A program made the translations under genes and the position numbers. A model generated the notes under the pieces. That model was not told the DNA's origin. It ran no database searches and saw nothing but the letters and a program-made list of their open reading frames with translations. A DNA stretch of 64,000 bases, taken from Acidobacteriota bacterium. Lineage in GTDB: Bacteria; Acidobacteriota; UBA6911. The number at the start of each line of letters is the position of its first letter. The first letter of the stretch is position 1. Location: contig OY761556.1 of the NCBI GenBank assembly GCA_963664705.1, forward strand, positions 4,416,001-4,480,000, in the 5' to 3' direction. This document shows, in pieces, positions 29,387 through 39,214 of this stretch.

Positions 29387-29845
29387 TCAGTGGCAGCTGC
29401 GACAGAGTTGCCCTTTGTTATTTCGCATGATCAGATAATAGGTTTTATAAATCAGCTGCTTGCGGAACATGCTGTCGAAAAGGCTCTCGCTCCGCCAGGC
29501 TTTTGAATCCTCCGCTGGGCTTTGCAGGTTATGGCAACTCCGGCAGGTGATCTGTCTTTTCGCGGTCAGGACTATTCCCTTTGGCAGAGACACCTCTACG
29601 ACATGGCCGGTTGGATGGTGCTGTCGCTCAATGCTGTGGCAGCCATAGCAGTATCGTCGGCACTCGTTATTACTTCCAATTTGCCAGCCATAAGCATCTC
29701 CCGGACTGTGACATTTTTGACAATCCTGCACTGTCCGGATGGGATGCGGTTTCGCGGTAGACGCCGGCGGCCCTGCAAAGAGAAGGGTGCTAAACCAAAA
29801 AAATCCGGCCAGTTTTCTGATTTGCGATGGCTGGAGCGAAATCAC
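29387..29845 (-). CDS. small periplasmic tetraheme c-type cytochrome
   Basis: Signal peptide; CQKCH, CYGCH, CRSCH, CRSCH; HHPTG supplies candidate distal His. Confidence 0.85.
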   Translation of the reverse strand: MISLQPSQIRKLAGFFWFSTLLFAGPPASTAKPHPIRTVQDCQKCHSPGDAYGWQIGSNNECRRYCYGCHSIERQHHPTGHVVEVSLPKGIVLTAKRQITCRSCHNLQSPAEDSKAWRSESLFDSMFRKQLIYKTYYLIMRNNKGQLCRSCH

Positions 29846-29865
29846 GCCGAATTTTCCTCGTATGC

Positions 29866-31035
29866 CTAAAACAAAAAGACAAGCTGCAGAAGAAGTGCGG
29901 AGCGCGGGACCCCTTCATTGGAAAGGGCTTCGTCGCCAGCCCATGGAAATCGCTGGTATTCCGACTTCAGAATTACAAGGTCCGAGAAGGTGAGGTGAAC
30001 ACCGGCACCGAGCCGCGTCAGAGACTCCGAAGGGCATATTGGGTCAGATCCATCGGCCGTCCCAATCGATGCCTCGGCGATCCTGGTGAACCGCTCATAC
30101 CGCCCGTGTACCTTTAGCGGGAACTTGCCAATTCTCATCAGATCCTCAGCTACGGATAGACTAAATCCGCCTCTCTGTATCCTGGATCTGTCCACATCTG
30201 AAAAACTATCCCGAGCAACATACTCCATCTGAACATTGAATCGGCCAAGGCCCGCGCCAAGGTCCAAGGCTGCAATCCGGTTCTCCGGGAGCCCGAGACG
30301 GTCCGTATCGTATAAAAAGGAAAAACCTATCTCGAGTAGAGGGTCCCTGGAGCCTCCCATGGCATAGGGCGTGCTGAACGGCGTCAGACCAATCCTTCCC
30401 CCAACAGCCTTCCCGCCGCCAAACCCGCGCAATACATATCCGGTGTAATTGAACGAAGCGTGCGTAGCGACAACGCGCAGTCCATAATCGTTATAGCCAC
30501 CATCCATCACCAGTTCGGTGGTTAAGGGAGGCGCGACTGTGACACGGTCCTTCGATGCAAAATATTTCCAGTCCCCACCCAACGGGATATCAAATCTGCC
30601 CGCCTGTATGTGGAATCCCTTTTCCGCAAATATCCTGCCTCGCGATGAGATCATCCCACCGAAGAAGTGGTAATCCAAAAACCCAACGCTCAAGCGCGTT
30701 CCGGATTCCCGGTTGTATACCACCGCCCCTGCAGCTTCGACGTTTTTACCGATGGACTTGGCAAAATCGAATTCCAGATCGCCTATTTGGGATGCGGCCG
30801 ATCCACCCGAAGGAATACTGGCGCCTACATCCCAAAAGCCCAACATACTGCCGCCTCGACTGGCTCGATCAAATCCGGCCTTGGTCCACGACACCGCTCG
30901 GCCAACCCAACCGCCGCCTGGGTCCGGCTCGGAAATCCCCAGGATCTGATCCGGAGTTGTTTGTGCACAGGCAGCCGCCGGAAAAGCCCAGCCTGCAATA
31001 ATGCCTGCAACAATAAATGTTACTCTCACCAACAT
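29866..31035 (-). CDS. outer-membrane beta-barrel / porin
   Basis: Signal peptide, IQAGRFDIPLG, amphipathic strands, C-terminal LLLQLVFLF beta-signal. Confidence 0.75.
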   Translation of the reverse strand: MLVRVTFIVAGIIAGWAFPAAACAQTTPDQILGISEPDPGGGWVGRAVSWTKAGFDRASRGGSMLGFWDVGASIPSGGSAASQIGDLEFDFAKSIGKNVEAAGAVVYNRESGTRLSVGFLDYHFFGGMISSRGRIFAEKGFHIQAGRFDIPLGGDWKYFASKDRVTVAPPLTTELVMDGGYNDYGLRVVATHASFNYTGYVLRGFGGGKAVGGRIGLTPFSTPYAMGGSRDPLLEIGFSFLYDTDRLGLPENRIAALDLGAGLGRFNVQMEYVARDSFSDVDRSRIQRGGFSLSVAEDLMRIGKFPLKVHGRYERFTRIAEASIGTADGSDPICPSESLTRLGAGVHLTFSDLVILKSEYQRFPWAGDEALSNEGVPRSALLLQLVFLF

Positions 31036-31103
31036 ATAACTATCCCCGAAGCAGTCCCCTCGACCGCCCGGATACACTAAGAACCTTCTCACCGGTTCAT
31101 TTA

Positions 31104-31131
31104 TTATCGGCTTAGTAAATTCCCGACTTTA
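31104..31131 (-). promoter_or_regulatory. putative sigma28-type promoter for the porin-cytochrome-HAMP operon
   Basis: Minus strand TAAAGTC-N13-GCCGATAA, about 70 nt upstream of the porin ATG. Confidence 0.6.
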
Positions 31132-31236
31132 GGATCACTGCGGCCGGACAAATGGAGAGCCCGCATGAACTGGGTGCGTCGCCGTCCCGACGGCATCAGC
31201 ATCGTGGCTGTAGATACGCCCTTGCCGACGGGCCCC

Positions 31237-31546
31237 GGCTTCATTCCAGCCAAGCCGACGCATGTTGTAGACGATTGGAACGCTTATTGTTCCCAAATGT
31301 TCCCAAATTTGAGGATAGCGCAATTAGTGGAGGGTTCGTAAATTGGGGATGATTAGTGGAATGATTAGTGGACACCCATGCATTGGGGACAAAAATCATG
31401 GGTGTCCTGAATTGTTCGGCGAAACGCCGGCGCTCGGGCTTCATTGCAGGCCAATCCGACGCATGTTGTAGACGATGGGAATGCTTATTGTTCCCAAATG
31501 GTCCCAAATTTGAGGGTAGCGCAATTAGTGGAGGGTTCGTAAATTG
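31237..31546. repeat. about 110-bp imperfect direct repeat (31237-31345 and 31437-31546) downstream of tRNA-Cys
   Basis: Both copies read GGCTTCATT...CCGACGCATGTTGTAGACGAT...TTCCCAAATG(T/G)TCCCAAATTTGAGG...AGTGGAGGGTTCGTAAATTG. Confidence 0.9.
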
Positions 31547-31566
31547 AAGGTGCTAAAGGAGTTTTC

Positions 31567-31642
31567 TGGAGGCGCCGAACGGACTCGAACCGTTGCATAA
31601 AGGTTTTGCAGACCTCCCCCTTAGCCACTTGGGTACGGCGCC
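31567..31642 (-). tRNA. tRNA-Cys(GCA)
   Basis: GGCGCCG acceptor, AGGTCT-GCA-AAACCT anticodon arm, GGTTCGAGTCC T arm, encoded CCA. Confidence 0.97.
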
Positions 31643-31773
31643 ATTACAGAATCGTCTATTGTATTCCATACATCGTATGCACGCAAGCATCTGCTTCGGA
31701 AATTCGCGAAACCAGGCAGCGGGCTAACAAATTCGCGGATTTCTACAGGAATCCTATTTCTTTCTGGGCCTGC

Positions 31774-32790
31774 CTAATAGCTATGCTCAGAGATTTTTAC
31801 TTTTCCTCGAAAAGCCCAGTAAATCGCGGCCGTATACGCCAATACGAACGGCATCCCGATCAAAGCAATAATTGCCATGATGCCCAAAGTTTTGCGAGAA
31901 GACGCCGCATTGAAAACAGTAATGTCATATTGCGGGGAAATGCTCGAAACCACCAGGTTTGGATACAACGTAAAGCTGAACAGGAACACCAGCGCGACGA
32001 TCGTGACAGATGACGACAGGAATGCATAAAAGGGCCGGCCCAGGAAGATTGCCCTGGGAATATTGGCAAACGCGAATACCGTCAGGACCACTATTGCCCA
32101 CGACCATTGATGGTCACGAAAATTGTGCAACGCCTGAGGCATCTCCGCCAGGGTAAACATGGTTGCCAACATGTACACAATCAGAGTCATGCCGAAGCCC
32201 CGCCACATCCAGCGATGCACCACCTGCTGCAATTCTCCCTCGGTTTTCAAATAGAGATAAATAGCCCCGTGCATCGCGGCAAAGAATACGGTAAGCAGTC
32301 CGATCAGAACCGGGTAGGGACGCACCAGATCAAAGAATGACCCTGTAAATGAGCCCTCGGCGTTAATGGATATGCCGACCAGGGCATTTCCGGCCGCCAC
32401 GCCGAAAAGGAATGTGGCCAGCACGCTTGCGCCAAAGAAGGAATAGTCCCAGAACCGCTTCCATGCAGCCGAATCCACCTTGCTTCTGAATTCGATGGAT
32501 ACCGCTCTGAAAATAAGGGCGAACAGCAGCATCATGAATGCGACATAGAATCCGGAAAAAATCGTGGCATAGGCATTCGGGAATGCGGCAAACATAGCGC
32601 CTCCAAACGTCACAAGCCAGACTTCATTGCCGTCCCAGATAGGCCCGATCGAATTGAGCATGATCCGGCGTTCCCGTTCGTTGCGCGCAGCCAGGTGAAG
32701 AATCCCGACGCCCAAATCGAAACCATCCAGAATGGCATACCCGGCAAGGAGCACTCCCAGCAGCACATACCATAGCGTATTCAGATCCAC
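31774..32790 (-). CDS. cydB: cytochrome bd oxidase subunit II
   Basis: LDGFDLGVG, GPIWDGNEVWLV, RAVSIEFRSK. Confidence 0.96.
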   Translation of the reverse strand: MDLNTLWYVLLGVLLAGYAILDGFDLGVGILHLAARNERERRIMLNSIGPIWDGNEVWLVTFGGAMFAAFPNAYATIFSGFYVAFMMLLFALIFRAVSIEFRSKVDSAAWKRFWDYSFFGASVLATFLFGVAAGNALVGISINAEGSFTGSFFDLVRPYPVLIGLLTVFFAAMHGAIYLYLKTEGELQQVVHRWMWRGFGMTLIVYMLATMFTLAEMPQALHNFRDHQWSWAIVVLTVFAFANIPRAIFLGRPFYAFLSSSVTIVALVFLFSFTLYPNLVVSSISPQYDITVFNAASSRKTLGIMAIIALIGMPFVLAYTAAIYWAFRGKVKISEHSY

Positions 32791-32873
32791 AGGTATCTCC
32801 TCCAGCTTAAGAAATCGCGCGCAGCCCTTCTTTCCGTTGCTTCCACCCTACGAGGCTTCAGTAGAAAAATGCC

Positions 32874-34298
32874 TCATTCCTTTGATTCCGTCAGCGAATC
32901 AGTGTGCCCCGCGTACCGGGAAGCCACATCCAGCGCATCGCGGAAGGATGCCTCATTCCGCAAAGGTACCGGTTCCGGCCCCTTCTGGATTTTGTCGTTT
33001 AACAAATAAATCCACACGGCAAACAGAAGCGAATAGATAACGCCGAACATAATGATTGAGCCCAGGACCTGAGATGAACTGAGGTTCGGTGAGACAGCGG
33101 CACTTGTTCTAAGCTGGTTATACACGATCCAGGGTTGACGCCCGACTTCCGCCACAACCCAACCAAGTTCATTGGCAATAAACGGACCGACAACCGAAAA
33201 AACAAAGACCCACAAGAGCCATCTCTTGTTGAACAACTGCCCCCGAACTCGGCACCAGACCGCATAAAGCGTGAGCAGGATGAAATAGGTACCCAGCCCG
33301 ACCATGATATGAAATGAGAAAAACGGAAGGCCAACCGGGGGGACATCGGGCTCAAACTGATCAAGTCCCGGAACCGGCTTATTCATGTCCCGATACACAA
33401 GGAAACTTAGCAGGCCGGGAATCTCTATGTTATAGCGCACCGTCTTTGCCTTGGAATCCGGAATGCCAATCAAATGAATTGGCGCCCCGGATCCGGTGGA
33501 TTGATAGATCCCTTCCATCGCGGCAAGCTTCGCAGGCTGATATCTGGCCACGATCCTGCCTTGGGAATCGCCTGTGGCCAGCCCCGCCAGCGATGCAACC
33601 GCAGCCACCACCAGGGCGGTTGTGAAAGATTTCCGTGCAAAATCGACATGACGATTCTTCAGCAGATAATAAGCCGAAATGCTCAAAACAAAGAAGGACC
33701 CGAGGATAAACGCGCCAATCAACACATGAGCCAGGCGGTCCATGGCCGATGGATTGAAAACGACTTTCCAAAAATCAGTCAGTTCCGCCCTTTTGACAAT
33801 GCCGGCCGGTGTAGCGACTTCGTGAATCTCAAAACCTGCCGGAGTCTGTTGCCACGAAATCGCCACCACAATCCAGATAGCGGAAAAAATGGATCCCAGC
33901 GCGACCATCAGGGTTGCAATGAAATGCATGCGCGCTGAAACCCTATCCCACCCGAAAACCAGCACCGCCAGAAATCCGGATTCAAGGAAAAATGCAAATA
34001 TGCCTTCCGCCGCAAGTGCGGAGCCGAAAACATCGCCAACATACCTCGAATATGCCGCCCAGTTCGTTCCGAACTGAAATTCCATGACAATTCCAGAGGC
34101 AACTCCCAGCGCAAAATTCAGGGCAAAGATCTTGGTCCAGAATTTTGTCGCCGCCTCAAACTGAGGATCGCCTGTTTTCAGATATCTTCCCTCCAGGAAG
34201 ACCAGGAATCCCCCCATTCCAATGGCAAGCGGGGGGAAAATATAGTGAAACATGATCGTTAGGGCGAACTGAATACGTGAGAGCGTTACGACGTCCAT
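32874..34298 (-). CDS. cydA: cytochrome bd oxidase subunit I
   Basis: [44 protein letters not shown]. Confidence 0.97.
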   Translation of the reverse strand: MDVVTLSRIQFALTIMFHYIFPPLAIGMGGFLVFLEGRYLKTGDPQFEAATKFWTKIFALNFALGVASGIVMEFQFGTNWAAYSRYVGDVFGSALAAEGIFAFFLESGFLAVLVFGWDRVSARMHFIATLMVALGSIFSAIWIVVAISWQQTPAGFEIHEVATPAGIVKRAELTDFWKVVFNPSAMDRLAHVLIGAFILGSFFVLSISAYYLLKNRHVDFARKSFTTALVVAAVASLAGLATGDSQGRIVARYQPAKLAAMEGIYQSTGSGAPIHLIGIPDSKAKTVRYNIEIPGLLSFLVYRDMNKPVPGLDQFEPDVPPVGLPFFSFHIMVGLGTYFILLTLYAVWCRVRGQLFNKRWLLWVFVFSVVGPFIANELGWVVAEVGRQPWIVYNQLRTSAAVSPNLSSSQVLGSIIMFGVIYSLLFAVWIYLLNDKIQKGPEPVPLRNEASFRDALDVASRYAGHTDSLTESKE

Positions 34299-34503
34299 AG
34301 AGTTGAGTTCTCCAGACGTTGAATGTTTAAGAGCGGCAGCCTCAATACTATAGCGAATCTTAACCTCAAAGAGTCGAAGGCTCCACGAAATTTTTTTATC
34401 TTTGGAACTTCCAGGGGTATCGCAGCATTCCTGGCGCCGGCATGGTGCAAAGAAACCATCGCACCGCTAACTCCAACTGTTGCATTTTGTTATATATCAG
34501 GTG

Positions 34504-34531
34504 TGAAGTCCGCAACGATCCCCGCCGATGA
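34504..34531 (+). promoter_or_regulatory. putative sigma28-type promoter
   Basis: TGAAGTC-N13-GCCGATGA upstream of the TonB-like gene, same spacing as 10241 and 31131. Confidence 0.45.
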
Positions 34532-34622
34532 ATAACAGCAAGGAGCGGACTCCTGTGCTGTTGGATCGCAACAGTCGCTTTAGTCAAATTTCCTTGAATT
34601 CACCTTTAGGGAGTTTTGGTAA

Positions 34623-35933
34623 ATGAACAGCCAAGGCAGACAGCCTGTCGCAGCGGACGACCAATATGAAGCCACAGTCCTGGACTTCCTGGATAAGGAA
34701 ATGGCGATAGCCCAGGAAGCGCAGAAAAAGAACCAGCAATCAGACGAACTGGATGCGCTTGTGACCGATCTGCTGAAGCAGGTTATCACGGAAGCGGACC
34801 AGACTCCGCCGCAAGCCCAGGACAGGCCGTTGTTTGATGATGACGAGTTGTTTGCAGGCATGGCGCCCGGGCAGACGCAGGTTGTGGAGGCCAGCACGGC
34901 TCCCAATGCCGCACCACCCGCAGAGGAAACACTGCCAGCGTCTCCGCAAAAGGAAGCTGTTGCAGAACCGCTAACGCCAAGTCCGGAAGAAGATCATGCG
35001 GCTAAAGCCGAGGCTCAATCAGCCGCAGCTCCAGCCGTAATGTTCGGTTCCAGCATGGCCGCTCCCCAAAAGAAATTCCCCTTAGTGGCTGCCATCGTGG
35101 CGGGAATGGTAGTGGTTCTAGGCGCCGGGTTCTATTTCTTCAGCGGATCCTCCGCCAAGTCCCCGGTCAATCCGGAACCTCCGGCAGCAGCCGTTCAGCA
35201 GACAAAGCTCGAAACCTCAAATCCGCCGGCACAGGTTGCAACCTCGAACGTCAACCCGGCACAACCGGTAGCCAAGCCAACGTCCCCTGCTGCGGGAACG
35301 CCGGCTGCGACCGCGGCGCCCGTAAAACAGGCGGCCGCACCGGCCAAGCCTAATACCGGATCGACCGACGCAGTGAAACCGTCCAAACCGGCTGCGGCAA
35401 ATGCAAAGGCAGAAGCTGCCCCTGCAGCCCCTGTAAAGAGTGCAGGCGAGGAGAAACCGGTACAAACCCCCGTTGTTGCCACACCTCCTCCGCCCGTGCA
35501 AACTGCAGCGGTGGAAAAAACGGCACCGCCTTCGGTGACAGAGCATTCTGCTCCTGTTACTCCTTCGGTCCCGGAGAAAAAGCCGGTCCCGACACAATCG
35601 GCCAGCGTTGTCGAGCCTCCGGCTCCGGCCCCCCAACCTGCGCACTCTACACCGGTGGCCAAGAATTTAATTGAGGCAGTCCCGCTTATGCAGGCAAGTC
35701 CGGCATACCCGGAACTGGCGGTGAGAGCCAGACTCTCAGGTTCCGTTGTGCTCGATGTGCAGATCAACGACCAGGGGAAGGTAACAAAGGCAACCCCCGT
35801 CAGCGGGCCCAACATCTTTTATAGTTCGGCAGTCGCGGCAGTAATGAAATGGCGCTACAAACCCGCATCCATCGGCGGCGTCAACGTGCCCAGCCAGAGC
35901 AGGGTAACAATGGCTTTCAAAATGAAGAATTAG
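34623..35933 (+). CDS. TonB-family protein with acidic cytoplasmic N-terminus
   Basis: TM segment LVAAIVAGMVVVLGAGFYFF, long Pro/Ala/Lys linker, TonB_C PAYPELAVRARLSGSVVLDVQINDQGKV...WRYKPA. Confidence 0.85.
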   Translation: MNSQGRQPVAADDQYEATVLDFLDKEMAIAQEAQKKNQQSDELDALVTDLLKQVITEADQTPPQAQDRPLFDDDELFAGMAPGQTQVVEASTAPNAAPPAEETLPASPQKEAVAEPLTPSPEEDHAAKAEAQSAAAPAVMFGSSMAAPQKKFPLVAAIVAGMVVVLGAGFYFFSGSSAKSPVNPEPPAAAVQQTKLETSNPPAQVATSNVNPAQPVAKPTSPAAGTPAATAAPVKQAAAPAKPNTGSTDAVKPSKPAAANAKAEAAPAAPVKSAGEEKPVQTPVVATPPPPVQTAAVEKTAPPSVTEHSAPVTPSVPEKKPVPTQSASVVEPPAPAPQPAHSTPVAKNLIEAVPLMQASPAYPELAVRARLSGSVVLDVQINDQGKVTKATPVSGPNIFYSSAVAAVMKWRYKPASIGGVNVPSQSRVTMAFKMKN

Positions 35934-35945
35934 CGTGGAGGTCCA

Positions 35946-36188
35946 ATGTTGACTGAACAGCAGAAGCATAAATATGAAATGACCCGGCAGATGGCCAAGG
36001 AGGAACTGGAGCAGCTGGACAAAGAAATCAGCACCGAGTTGGCTAAGGTCAAGGATAAGCTGCTCGAGCTTCAACAGGCCAAAAAGGCTGTAAAGCAGAT
36101 CTATGATGGGGCCTGTGCCCGGATGGGCGTGAAATCAGTGTTGGAAGTAACAGAAGTCAATCTCACCGATCTCGTGAAACAGTCCTGA
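35946..36188 (+). CDS. small coiled-coil hypothetical protein
   Basis: GGAGG RBS, 12 bp after the TonB-like stop, heptad-like charged sequence. Confidence 0.75.
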   Translation: MLTEQQKHKYEMTRQMAKEELEQLDKEISTELAKVKDKLLELQQAKKAVKQIYDGACARMGVKSVLEVTEVNLTDLVKQS

Positions 36189-36204
36189 CGGACTTCTGCA
36201 TCCA

Positions 36205-37098
36205 TCAATTCTGCAGGCAGTTTTCAATGGTCTGCCTTCTCTCGGCGGCAGACCACTCTCTGATTTCCGCATACGATCGGCAGAGCAGGTTGCAGGAAAA
36301 CACAACATCCTGTTCAATCAACTCTGAAATTCCGACTGAATCAAAGAGTCCGGGCTCGTCGTGGACAAGTTGCATCAGAATGGAGAACAAATCCTGCCAG
36401 GCTCCCTGGCTGACATAGGAAATGCGCAGGATAAACCGGATCAATCCCGGTGCCAGATCAGGATCCTGAAGACCATGACGGATCAAATCCTCTCGCAGCG
36501 AAAATCCCGCGCCCGGAAGGTTTACGACCTGCTTGATCATAATCTGCGAACTAAGCAGCCGGTCAAAGGTAAACGCCTGCAGAAACTCGCCGGATGAGAG
36601 ATGGGACATCGCATTGGCTTCGAGAACTGCGACATCATCCAATGTAAAGTCCACCGCCTTTAGGGTCATCCCCGCCCTCTGCAGCGATTGGCGGAATTTG
36701 TTCATGAAATCCTCAAATTCCCTATCAAAGAGCGTGGCGGCATTTCCAAGATAGACAGCAAAAGTTCGGGTCAACTGATTGGTCAGATCCATCACTGGGG
36801 AAAGATCCACCTCCGGCCCGTCCCAGAAAGAGTCGTCGAAGGTCTCCAGCTTATCGAGTTTCTCCAGTTCCTTCGCGACATCCACTTTCACGGTCAAATC
36901 TTCTTTGGACAGCTCGGTTTTGCCTGCATGCTCGTCCAGCACAAGCCTCTCGTACAGCGCGGGATCGGCAACCAGCAGATTGATAACCTCATCCCTATTC
37001 AGGACGTGCGGAATCATCCGCGCTTCCTGAACGCAGCGCCGGATCAAACTCCCGATCAGCATTGCCAGTTTCTTCCTGATTTCCACCGAGGCTTGCAT
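36205..37098 (-). CDS. hypothetical protein
   Basis: Long ORF with protein-like acidic helical composition; no motif recognised; start uncertain. Confidence 0.6.
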   Translation of the reverse strand: MQASVEIRKKLAMLIGSLIRRCVQEARMIPHVLNRDEVINLLVADPALYERLVLDEHAGKTELSKEDLTVKVDVAKELEKLDKLETFDDSFWDGPEVDLSPVMDLTNQLTRTFAVYLGNAATLFDREFEDFMNKFRQSLQRAGMTLKAVDFTLDDVAVLEANAMSHLSSGEFLQAFTFDRLLSSQIMIKQVVNLPGAGFSLREDLIRHGLQDPDLAPGLIRFILRISYVSQGAWQDLFSILMQLVHDEPGLFDSVGISELIEQDVVFSCNLLCRSYAEIREWSAAERRQTIENCLQN

Positions 37099-37292
37099 AT
37101 TCGCTTTGACCTGTGAAAGGTCCAGAGTAATCAATTGTTCCGCGGGCTTCCAGCAGAAAAACAGCCTTCCGCATTTCGGCCGCGGGATTTCGCGGCCTTG
37201 GTGACCGCCCGAATAAATCATCCCATGATATACTTTCGCCCGTCAGTTGGAACAATGGAGTTGGTCAAAACAGATTTATCCCGGATCCGAAA

Positions 37293-37766
37293 TTGGAAAA
37301 CACGCTTCACATCGCGCTCTTAAAACCGGAAATACACCCGAATGCCGGCAACATTGCGCGTCTGTGCGCCGCCAATGGACTGCCGCTGCACCTGGTTGGT
37401 GCGCTGGGATTCAGAATCGACGATAAGTCTGTACGCCGCGCCGGACTTGATTACTGGCCCTATGTGGACATCCGCCGCGAAGAGGATCTTCAAGCGCTGC
37501 AGGCAGCCATCCCCGAATCGCGCCTGTTCTATTTCAGTGCCCGTTCAGGAAAACCCTATACGGAGGTTCAATACAAGGCCGGCGATTGTCTTGTGTTCGG
37601 ACCCGAATCGACCGGACTTCCGCCGGAGTTGCTGAATGCAAATCAGGACTCCGTTTTGACAATCCCGATGCGCACACCTCACGTCCGGAGCCTGAACCTG
37701 GCGGTTGCCGTTGCAATCGCGGCGTACGAAGCTATGCGCCAGTTTTCACTTCTCCAGCCCCAATAA
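37293..37766 (+). CDS. trmL: tRNA (cytidine/uridine-34-2'-O)-methyltransferase
   Basis: PEIHPNAGNIARLC, RRAGLDYW, FGPESTGLP, RSLNLA. Confidence 0.93.
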   Translation: MENTLHIALLKPEIHPNAGNIARLCAANGLPLHLVGALGFRIDDKSVRRAGLDYWPYVDIRREEDLQALQAAIPESRLFYFSARSGKPYTEVQYKAGDCLVFGPESTGLPPELLNANQDSVLTIPMRTPHVRSLNLAVAVAIAAYEAMRQFSLLQPQ

Positions 37767-37776
37767 TGGATTGGAG

Positions 37777-39159
37777 CTAATCCGCTTCGCCATTCTCTCG
37801 CCCGGAATATGGAATTCCAAGCTGGCGAATCTTTCGATACAGATTGCTTCGCTCTATGCGCAAGGCCTGTGCGGCTCGGGCCACATTGCCTTTAAACTCC
37901 ATCAGCTTCTGAAGAATAAACTCCCGCTCAAAGCGATCGCGCGCTCCCTGAAGAGAGCTTTCTTCCCCCGGTTCAGTTTGCGCCGGCAGAGCCCGCTGCA
38001 GAATCGGCTCGGGCAGGTCATAAATATCGATGCGGGTCTGCGGAGTCATGATCACCATGCGTTCCATGATGTTCCTCAATTCGCGCACGTTCCCGGGCCA
38101 CGCATAGTTTTCAAGCGTTTCCACCGCCTTGCGGGTCAACAGGGGCGGCTTCCTGCCATACTTCCGGGCAAAATCCTCCAGGAAGTAAGTCGTAAGGAGG
38201 GAGATATCCTCTCTGCGTTCTCTCAAAGGGGGTAACTGGAATGGAAGGACGTTCAATCGATAGTAGAGATCTTCGCGGAAATTCCCAAGTTCGATCTCGC
38301 GCTCCAGATTTTTGTTAGTGGACGCAATCACGCGGACATCCACCTTCACCGAGACATTTCCCCCGACGGGCGTAAACCGCTGTTCCTCGAGAACGCGGAG
38401 AACCTTCGCCTGGGTTTTCGAACTCATATCGCCGACTTCGTCAAGAAAGAGCGTGCCTCCATCCGCCTGGGCAAACTTCCCTTCCTTGTCTTCCGATGCT
38501 CCCGTGAAAGATCCTTTCACATGGCCGAAAAGCTCGCTTTCGATCAGTTCCTCGGGAATCGCCGCGCAGTTCATTTCCACAAAGGCAGCATCACACCGCG
38601 GGCTTTGCAGGTGGATCAGGTGCGCCACGAGCTCTTTGCCCGTGCCGTTTTCACCATAGATGAGCACGCGGCCGTTGGAAGGAGCGGCAAAGGCTATTTG
38701 CTGCCGCAACGCCTGCATGGGGACCGAGTCCCCGATCATCACATATTTCTGTTCGACCTGCTCACGAAGGATACGGTTCTCTTCCTGCAGTTGATTCTGG
38801 TGCAGCGCATTCTTCACCACAAGAATGGTCTTTTCCAGGGAAAGCGGCTTTTCTACGAAATCAAAAGCACCCAGCTTTGTGGCGCGCACCGCCGTTTCGA
38901 TAGAGCCGTGCCCCGAAATCATAATAACCACGGCGTCCGGAGAAATGCGCCGTATCTGAGCCAGTGCCTTCAGGCCATCCATTCCAGGGAGCCAGACGTC
39001 CAGGAGCACAACAGGAAAGCTTCTTTTGGCCAGAATATCGAGGGCTTCTTCGGCAGACGAAACAGCCTGAGAGTCAAACCCCACATCCTCGAGAATTCCC
39101 TGGATGGAGCTTTGCACACCCTTTTCGTCATCAACGATCAAGACTGCCGGTCGAGTCAT
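37777..39159 (-). CDS. ntrX: sigma54-dependent response regulator, NtrX-like
   Basis: Receiver LLDVWLPGMDG, GENGTGKE, ELFGHVKGSFTGA, C-terminal Fis-type HTH. Confidence 0.8.
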   Translation of the reverse strand: MTRPAVLIVDDEKGVQSSIQGILEDVGFDSQAVSSAEEALDILAKRSFPVVLLDVWLPGMDGLKALAQIRRISPDAVVIMISGHGSIETAVRATKLGAFDFVEKPLSLEKTILVVKNALHQNQLQEENRILREQVEQKYVMIGDSVPMQALRQQIAFAAPSNGRVLIYGENGTGKELVAHLIHLQSPRCDAAFVEMNCAAIPEELIESELFGHVKGSFTGASEDKEGKFAQADGGTLFLDEVGDMSSKTQAKVLRVLEEQRFTPVGGNVSVKVDVRVIASTNKNLEREIELGNFREDLYYRLNVLPFQLPPLRERREDISLLTTYFLEDFARKYGRKPPLLTRKAVETLENYAWPGNVRELRNIMERMVIMTPQTRIDIYDLPEPILQRALPAQTEPGEESSLQGARDRFEREFILQKLMEFKGNVARAAQALRIERSNLYRKIRQLGIPYSGRENGEAD

Positions 39160-39175
39160 AGGAGCCTATTGTAGC

Positions 39176-39210
39176 ATTGACGATTGATGAATGACGATTG
39201 ACGATTGAAA
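39176..39210. repeat. heptamer tandem repeat (ATTGACG)x5, degenerate
   Basis: ATTGACG ATTGATG AATGACG ATTGACG ATTGAAA between ntrY and ntrX. Confidence 0.7.
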
Positions 39211-39214
39211 ACGT

